DNA from: an uncultured Planctomycetales bacterium
GTDB taxonomy: Bacteria; 4484-113
Length of the DNA: 48,602 nucleotides
NCBI GenBank assembly: GCA_964643155.1
Contig: CAZXPM010000001.1
Span: 1 to 48,602, forward strand
Reading direction: 5' to 3'
The translations under genes were made by a program, and so were the position numbers. The notes beneath the pieces were generated by a model that worked only from the letters and a program-made list of their open reading frames with translations, ran no database searches and was not told the origin of the DNA. Positions within the stretch are counted from its first letter, which is position 1. The number at the start of each line of letters is the position of its first letter. Shown here one piece after another: positions 44,447-48,602 of this stretch.

Positions 44447-45346
44447 ATGGCGAAAATCGTGGAATGTGTACCTAACATCAGCGAAGGCCGTAACGCCGAA
44501 GTCGTGGAGGCCTGCATCGCCCCTGTCAAGCAGACCGGGGGCGTGAAGCTGCTGGACTACTCTTCTGACGCCGACCATAACCGCTCAGTGATAACCTTCG
44601 CCGGCTCCCCAGAAGGCTGCATAGAAGCAGCGTTCAGGCTGGCGGAGAAGGCCAAAGAGTTGATAGACCTGACCAAGCACGAGGGTGGGCATCCGCGGAT
44701 GGGCGCGGTTGATGTCATCCCTTTCGTTCCCGTCGCCGGCGTCACTATGGACGATTGTGTAGCGCTGGCGAAGCAGCTCGGTGAGAGATTGTGGAACGAC
44801 CTGCAAATACCGGTGTACCTGTATGAGTTCGCCGCCTCCAAGCCCTCGCGCAAGAACCTGGCGAAGGTGCGCAAGGGCGAGTTTGAGGGGATGGCGGAGA
44901 AGATGAAAGATGAGAAGTGGGCGCCAGACTTCGGCGACCCCGCACCGCATCCGACCGCGGGAGTAACGGCGGTAGGCGCGCGCATCTTCCTGGTGGCCTA
45001 CAACATCAATCTGCGCACGAATGACCTCAAGATCGGCAAGAGGATCGTCTCCTGCATTCGCGAGGCGAAGGGCGGTCTTGTCAACGTGAAGGCAATGGCA
45101 CTGCTGCTGGAGGATCGCCAGCAGGTGCAGATCTCCATGAACCTGGTCAACCCGTTTGACACGCCGATGTACCGTGTATTTGAGATGGTGAAGATGGAAG
45201 CAGAACGATACGGCGTCTCTATCGCAGGCAGCGAAGTAGTCGGGCTGGTGCCAACCGAGGCGCTGGTCAAAAACGAGGAGTACTACCTCCGGCTGGAGGG
45301 ATTCAAGACCCACCAGATTGTGGAGATGGGGCTCTTCGGCGAGTAG
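44447..45346 (+). CDS. ftcD: Glutamate formimidoyltransferase
   Basis: MAKIVECVPNISEGRN...DADHNRSVITFAG...HPRMGAVDVIPFVP is the hallmark N-terminal subdomain. RBS AAGGAG upstream. Confidence 0.9.
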   Translation: MAKIVECVPNISEGRNAEVVEACIAPVKQTGGVKLLDYSSDADHNRSVITFAGSPEGCIEAAFRLAEKAKELIDLTKHEGGHPRMGAVDVIPFVPVAGVTMDDCVALAKQLGERLWNDLQIPVYLYEFAASKPSRKNLAKVRKGEFEGMAEKMKDEKWAPDFGDPAPHPTAGVTAVGARIFLVAYNINLRTNDLKIGKRIVSCIREAKGGLVNVKAMALLLEDRQQVQISMNLVNPFDTPMYRVFEMVKMEAERYGVSIAGSEVVGLVPTEALVKNEEYYLRLEGFKTHQIVEMGLFGE

Positions 45347-45364
45347 GAGGCCGCAGTAGAAGCC

Positions 45365-47206
45365 GTGGCTGTAGCTGAGAGCCTGTTGCTGCAGACCGTA
45401 GTGCTCGTGCTGTTGCTGGGCGTCATCGGCTTGGCCGCGGCGGATGCGCTCCGCGTTCCCAGCATTGCTCCACTGCTGCTCTTCGGGGTCATCGCTGGGC
45501 CTTCGGCGCTAGGACTGATCGACCCTGCGTCCCTCGGCGACGGACTCGTTGTCTTCATCAAGCTGGGCGTCGCCATCATCATCTTTGAGGGCGCAATGAC
45601 GCTCAGCGTGAAGCACCTAATTGAACATTACCAGGTGGTGCGCAACCTGGTGACGCTGGGGTTGCTCATCACCTTGGCATTGGGAACGATGGCGTTCATG
45701 GTGCTCCTCGGCTCGGATCTGCTCACAGCCCTTGTGTTCGGCTCGCTTGTGACCATCACCGGTCCCACGGTAGTACAGCCGCTGCTCAAGCGAGTACCGG
45801 TAACCGAGGCGGTGTCACACATATTGCAGAGTGAGGCCATACTGATCGAGCCTGTGGGCGTGCTCATTGCTGCGCTGGTATTTGAGGTAGTGGCGGCAAG
45901 CTCTCCGAGCGCAACTGGAGCAATGGTCTTCTTCCTGAAGTCAGTCGTCATCGGGGCGCTCGTGGGCTTGGCGCTTGGATGGGGGCTGCGCATCGGACTT
46001 ACGCGTATCGCCCTGCGCGAAGAAGTCCGCAATCTGACCGTACTCGCCGTGCTGCTGGGAGGGTTCGCGCTGGCGGAGGGAATTGCGCCAGACAGCGGCA
46101 TCATGACCGCAGTGGTTGGCGGCTTGATGCTGTCTGGCACAGATTTCGCCGGGAAAGCCTCGCTGAAGCAGTTTAAGGGGCAGATCACTCTGCTCACCGT
46201 TGCGTCCATCTTCATCCTCATCTCCGCAAGCATCAGCACAGACGCGGCCTTGCGCATCGGCTGGGCGGGCCTAGGCATCGTGGCCTTGCTGGTGTTCATC
46301 GTGCGTCCGCTTTCCGTCTTCGCCTGCACTGCCAAGAGCGGGCTGAAGCTCAACGAGCGCGTGTTCCTCTCGGGCGTCGCGCCGCGAGGCATTGTCGCGG
46401 GCTCCGTGGCGTCGCTGGTTACCCTTCGGTTGGCGGAGCACGGTTTTCCCCAGGCACAGGACGTGATGACGGTGGTGTTTATGACCATCGGGGCGACAGT
46501 GCTGGTGCTCGCGCCGATGACGCAGGCCTTCGCCGCCGCCACGGGAGTGTTCGTTGACCGGCGGAAGTCGGTGCTATTCGTGGGAGCCAACGCGTTCTCG
46601 CGCGCCATTGGCCGACGTATGCGCGAGGCAGGATACCGCGTGGCTTTTGTGGACACTAACTTCTACAACTGCTTCACCACCCGCGACGAGTTTGAACACA
46701 CCGTCCACGGCAGCGCCCTGGATGAAGAGACAATGCTGGAAGCGGGCGCCGCTGCGGCGGGAACACTGGTGGCAGCCACAACGAATAGCGAGACCAACAT
46801 CCTCATTTCCCACTTTGCCCTGCGGGAGTTCAAGATCCCGGTTCGCGCCGTGACGCTCCAACTCAGCACCGACAACAGCCTCGTCAGGCATGTAAGAGAA
46901 TCCGACCTGAAGGTCGCGATGGGCGGACGCCTTGAACTGAGCGAGTGGATCCACCTGGTCGAGCATGAGGAGGCCACCTTCGTGCGCTTCACCACTGAGC
47001 GTGATATTGCGAGCATTGAGCCGCTTACCGACCGTATCCGCAGTCTTGCCCTACCAGTGTTCTACGAGGAGAGGGGGGCGCTGCGATTGCTCTTCCGCAG
47101 CACGCGCCTCCCTGCGGGCACTACGGTCCACTTTATGGTGAAGCGCGATGAACTTGGAAGGCTGGAAGGAGAATTCAAGGAGTTCTGCGCTTCGCTGGCG
47201 GAATAG
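45365..47206 (+). CDS. Cation:proton antiporter (CPA1/NhaP-like) with C-terminal RCK/TrkA-N domain
   Basis: About 11-12 TM helices (LLLFGVIAGPSALGLI etc.). A C-terminal Rossmann VLFVGANAFSRAIGRRMREAGYRVAFVD follows. GTG start. Confidence 0.8.
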   Translation: MAVAESLLLQTVVLVLLLGVIGLAAADALRVPSIAPLLLFGVIAGPSALGLIDPASLGDGLVVFIKLGVAIIIFEGAMTLSVKHLIEHYQVVRNLVTLGLLITLALGTMAFMVLLGSDLLTALVFGSLVTITGPTVVQPLLKRVPVTEAVSHILQSEAILIEPVGVLIAALVFEVVAASSPSATGAMVFFLKSVVIGALVGLALGWGLRIGLTRIALREEVRNLTVLAVLLGGFALAEGIAPDSGIMTAVVGGLMLSGTDFAGKASLKQFKGQITLLTVASIFILISASISTDAALRIGWAGLGIVALLVFIVRPLSVFACTAKSGLKLNERVFLSGVAPRGIVAGSVASLVTLRLAEHGFPQAQDVMTVVFMTIGATVLVLAPMTQAFAAATGVFVDRRKSVLFVGANAFSRAIGRRMREAGYRVAFVDTNFYNCFTTRDEFEHTVHGSALDEETMLEAGAAAAGTLVAATTNSETNILISHFALREFKIPVRAVTLQLSTDNSLVRHVRESDLKVAMGGRLELSEWIHLVEHEEATFVRFTTERDIASIEPLTDRIRSLALPVFYEERGALRLLFRSTRLPAGTTVHFMVKRDELGRLEGEFKEFCASLAE

Positions 47207-47237
47207 CATTTTCTGCGCGAATACCACTAATATATAG

Positions 47238-48155
47238 GTGATGCCGAGGGGAGTTGTCATCCGGAACGCTTTAGTGCGCGGCTTTACGCGGCTGCTGATA
47301 TGGCTCGCGCGACTGCTCCCACCGGCAGCGCTGCTACCGGTGGCGCGCGGGACGGCCTGGCTGGCGTGGCACTTCTACCCGCGCATCCAGCATGTGGCCA
47401 TGCGGAATCTGGAGATTGCCTTCGGCGACGAGCTCTCACAGGCAGAACGGCGAGCGCTCGCACGCAGGTGCGCCCGGGAAATCGCTACTGCCGCGCTGGA
47501 GTTCATCTACTTCACGCACTGGCCAGGGGAGCGTGTGCGCAAGCTAGTGAAAGAGACGGATGGCTGGGAGTTCCTAGAGGATGCGCTGACTCAGGGGAAG
47601 GGAGTGCTGGGGCTGGCGATGCACTTTGGCAACTGGGAAATGTCCGGCGCATACCTGGCGCTGTCGGGTGCGCCGCTAGCGGCGGTAGGCAAAGAGCAGC
47701 GCGACGACTTCTTCACCAAACTCGCCTTCCCCACGCGCGAGAAGCTCGGCATTGAGAACATCCCCAGCGGGAAAATGGGCAGCGCCATGCTGAGGGCGCT
47801 CCGAGAGAACAAAGTGCTGGGGCTGCTGGCAGACCAGAACGGCGGAGCGGACGGGATGTTTGTCCCCTTTTTCGGCACCCCAGCGTCAACCGCGCGCGGA
47901 CCGGCAGTGCTGCACCTGCGGCTGGGCACGCCCATGTTGCTGATTGTGGCCAAGCGGTTGAAACCCTTTGAGTTCAAGCTGATTGTCCGGCCGGTGAAAT
48001 GCAGCGTGAGTGACAAGGGCGAGGAGGCCGAGCACGCAGTGCTGGCAGCGATGAACCGCGCCTACGAGCAGATCATTCGCGAAGCGCCGGAGCAGTGGCT
48101 GTGGATTCACCGGCGGTGGAAGACGCGGCCACCGGGCGAGAAGCCACTCTACTGA
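47238..48155 (+). CDS. Lipid A late acyltransferase family protein (LpxL/HtrB-like lysophospholipid acyltransferase)
   Basis: HFGNWE catalytic H(x)4E/D motif, LADQN, FFGTPASTARGPA and C-terminal PEQWLWIHRRWK. Start is GTG 47238 or ATG 47241. Confidence 0.8.
   Translation: MMPRGVVIRNALVRGFTRLLIWLARLLPPAALLPVARGTAWLAWHFYPRIQHVAMRNLEIAFGDELSQAERRALARRCAREIATAALEFIYFTHWPGERVRKLVKETDGWEFLEDALTQGKGVLGLAMHFGNWEMSGAYLALSGAPLAAVGKEQRDDFFTKLAFPTREKLGIENIPSGKMGSAMLRALRENKVLGLLADQNGGADGMFVPFFGTPASTARGPAVLHLRLGTPMLLIVAKRLKPFEFKLIVRPVKCSVSDKGEEAEHAVLAAMNRAYEQIIREAPEQWLWIHRRWKTRPPGEKPLY
48061..48128. repeat. Left arm of a 68-bp inverted repeat (inside the lpxL-like 3' end)
   Basis: The reverse complement equals 48535..48602 except for one mismatch (G 48089 versus the base paired with T 48574). 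Confidence 0.9.
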
Positions 48156-48534
48156 TTCAGCTCCGGATGCGGGGCAGCGCCGACACCAAGAGCCTCGGCC
48201 ACGGTACCCAGGTAGTAGATGCTGCCCGCAACTACCAGGCAGCCCCCACCCTTGACTTCTTCCAGCAGCACTTCCATCTGGCCGGCGAATGCCAGGTCTT
48301 CCAGCAGCAGCTTAAACCCCGCCTGCTGCGCGCCGCGCCTTACGTCCGCCAACGGCATCGGGTGCAGAACGGGAAGCTCGATCGGCACGACGCTGTTGAT
48401 GAGCCCCTTCAGCGGCGTCAGCAGGCGCACAACGTCCTTGCCTTCCTGGCAGCCAAACGCCAGTGTCGGTTTCACGTCTGCGAGATACTCACGAAGCGAC
48501 ACTGCCAAGGCGCTCATACTCTCTGGATTGTGCG
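48149..48534 (-). CDS. folC: Folylpolyglutamate synthase/Mur-ligase C-terminal domain fragment (5' part replaced by an inverted copy of the lpxL 3' end)
   Basis: DAAHNPESMSALAVSLREYL...LAFGCQEGKDV...CLVVAGSIYYLGTV matches the FolC C-terminal domain, which begins at the DGAHNP motif. Upstream of this the sequence is the inverted repeat, not folC. Confidence 0.55.
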
Positions 48535-48602
48535 CCGCGTCTTCCACCGCCGGTGAATCCACAGCCACTGCTCTGGCGCTTCGCGAATGATCTGCTCGTA
48601 GG
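48535..48602. repeat. Right arm of the inverted repeat, truncated by the window end
   Basis: CCGCGTCTTCCACCGCCGGTGAATCCACAGCCACTGCTCTGGCGCTTCGCGAATGATCTGCTCGTAGG is the reverse complement of 48061..48128. Confidence 0.9.

Noticed and set aside
48095-48556. 153-aa plus-strand ORF beginning MAVDSPAVEDAA.
   Set aside because: Its start is a mirror image created by the inverted repeat, and the body is antisense to the FolC-like C-terminal domain. No motifs were seen.
1-48602. CRISPR arrays, rRNA/tRNA genes, and transposases, integrases or prophage genes.
   Set aside because: Intergenic spacers are short (mostly under 180 bp). I saw no direct-repeat/spacer periodicity, tRNA cloverleaf candidates or recombinase-like ORFs by eye. 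A tRNAscan/Infernal run would be needed to be definitive.

Overview
High-GC (~60%) chromosomal segment of a diderm, LPS-making bacterium. It is almost entirely coding (~45 genes). I saw no rRNA, tRNA, CRISPR array, transposase or integrase. Most genes are housekeeping: transaldolase, efp, pepP-like, rbfA, a DHH phosphoesterase, xseA, asnS, fabF/fabG, lipid A genes (lpxB, lpxA, an LpxL-like acyltransferase, an MsbA-like ABC exporter), ftcD and a CPA antiporter. Several accessory modules stand out. (1) An ECF sigma/anti-sigma operon carries PspC and three LiaF/toastrack-type envelope-stress proteins (1.2-6.3 kb). (2) A self-contained non-canonical Hsp70 module at 6.4-13.5 kb: a 1323-aa TPR protein ending in a J-like domain whose HPD is replaced by NPE, then GrpE-like, a short DnaK paralog and a zinc-ribbon/TPR protein. 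(3) Two tandem PKD+Kelch lipoprotein paralogs. The second is interrupted by one in-frame UGA in a C-P-G-UGA context, followed by a SECIS-like stem-loop, so it is a candidate exported selenoprotein or a recoding site (or simply a nonsense mutation). (4) A lipoprotein built from four ~110-aa tandem repeats. (5) A six-gene minus-strand operon: four translationally coupled membrane proteins I cannot assign, an S45 Ntn acylase and an apparently circularly permuted CcdA. (6) A 68-bp inverted repeat (1 mismatch) that copies the lpxL 3' end at the window edge and truncates folC; this is either a real fold-back rearrangement or an assembly chimera. All function calls rest on motif recognition by eye, with no database searches.
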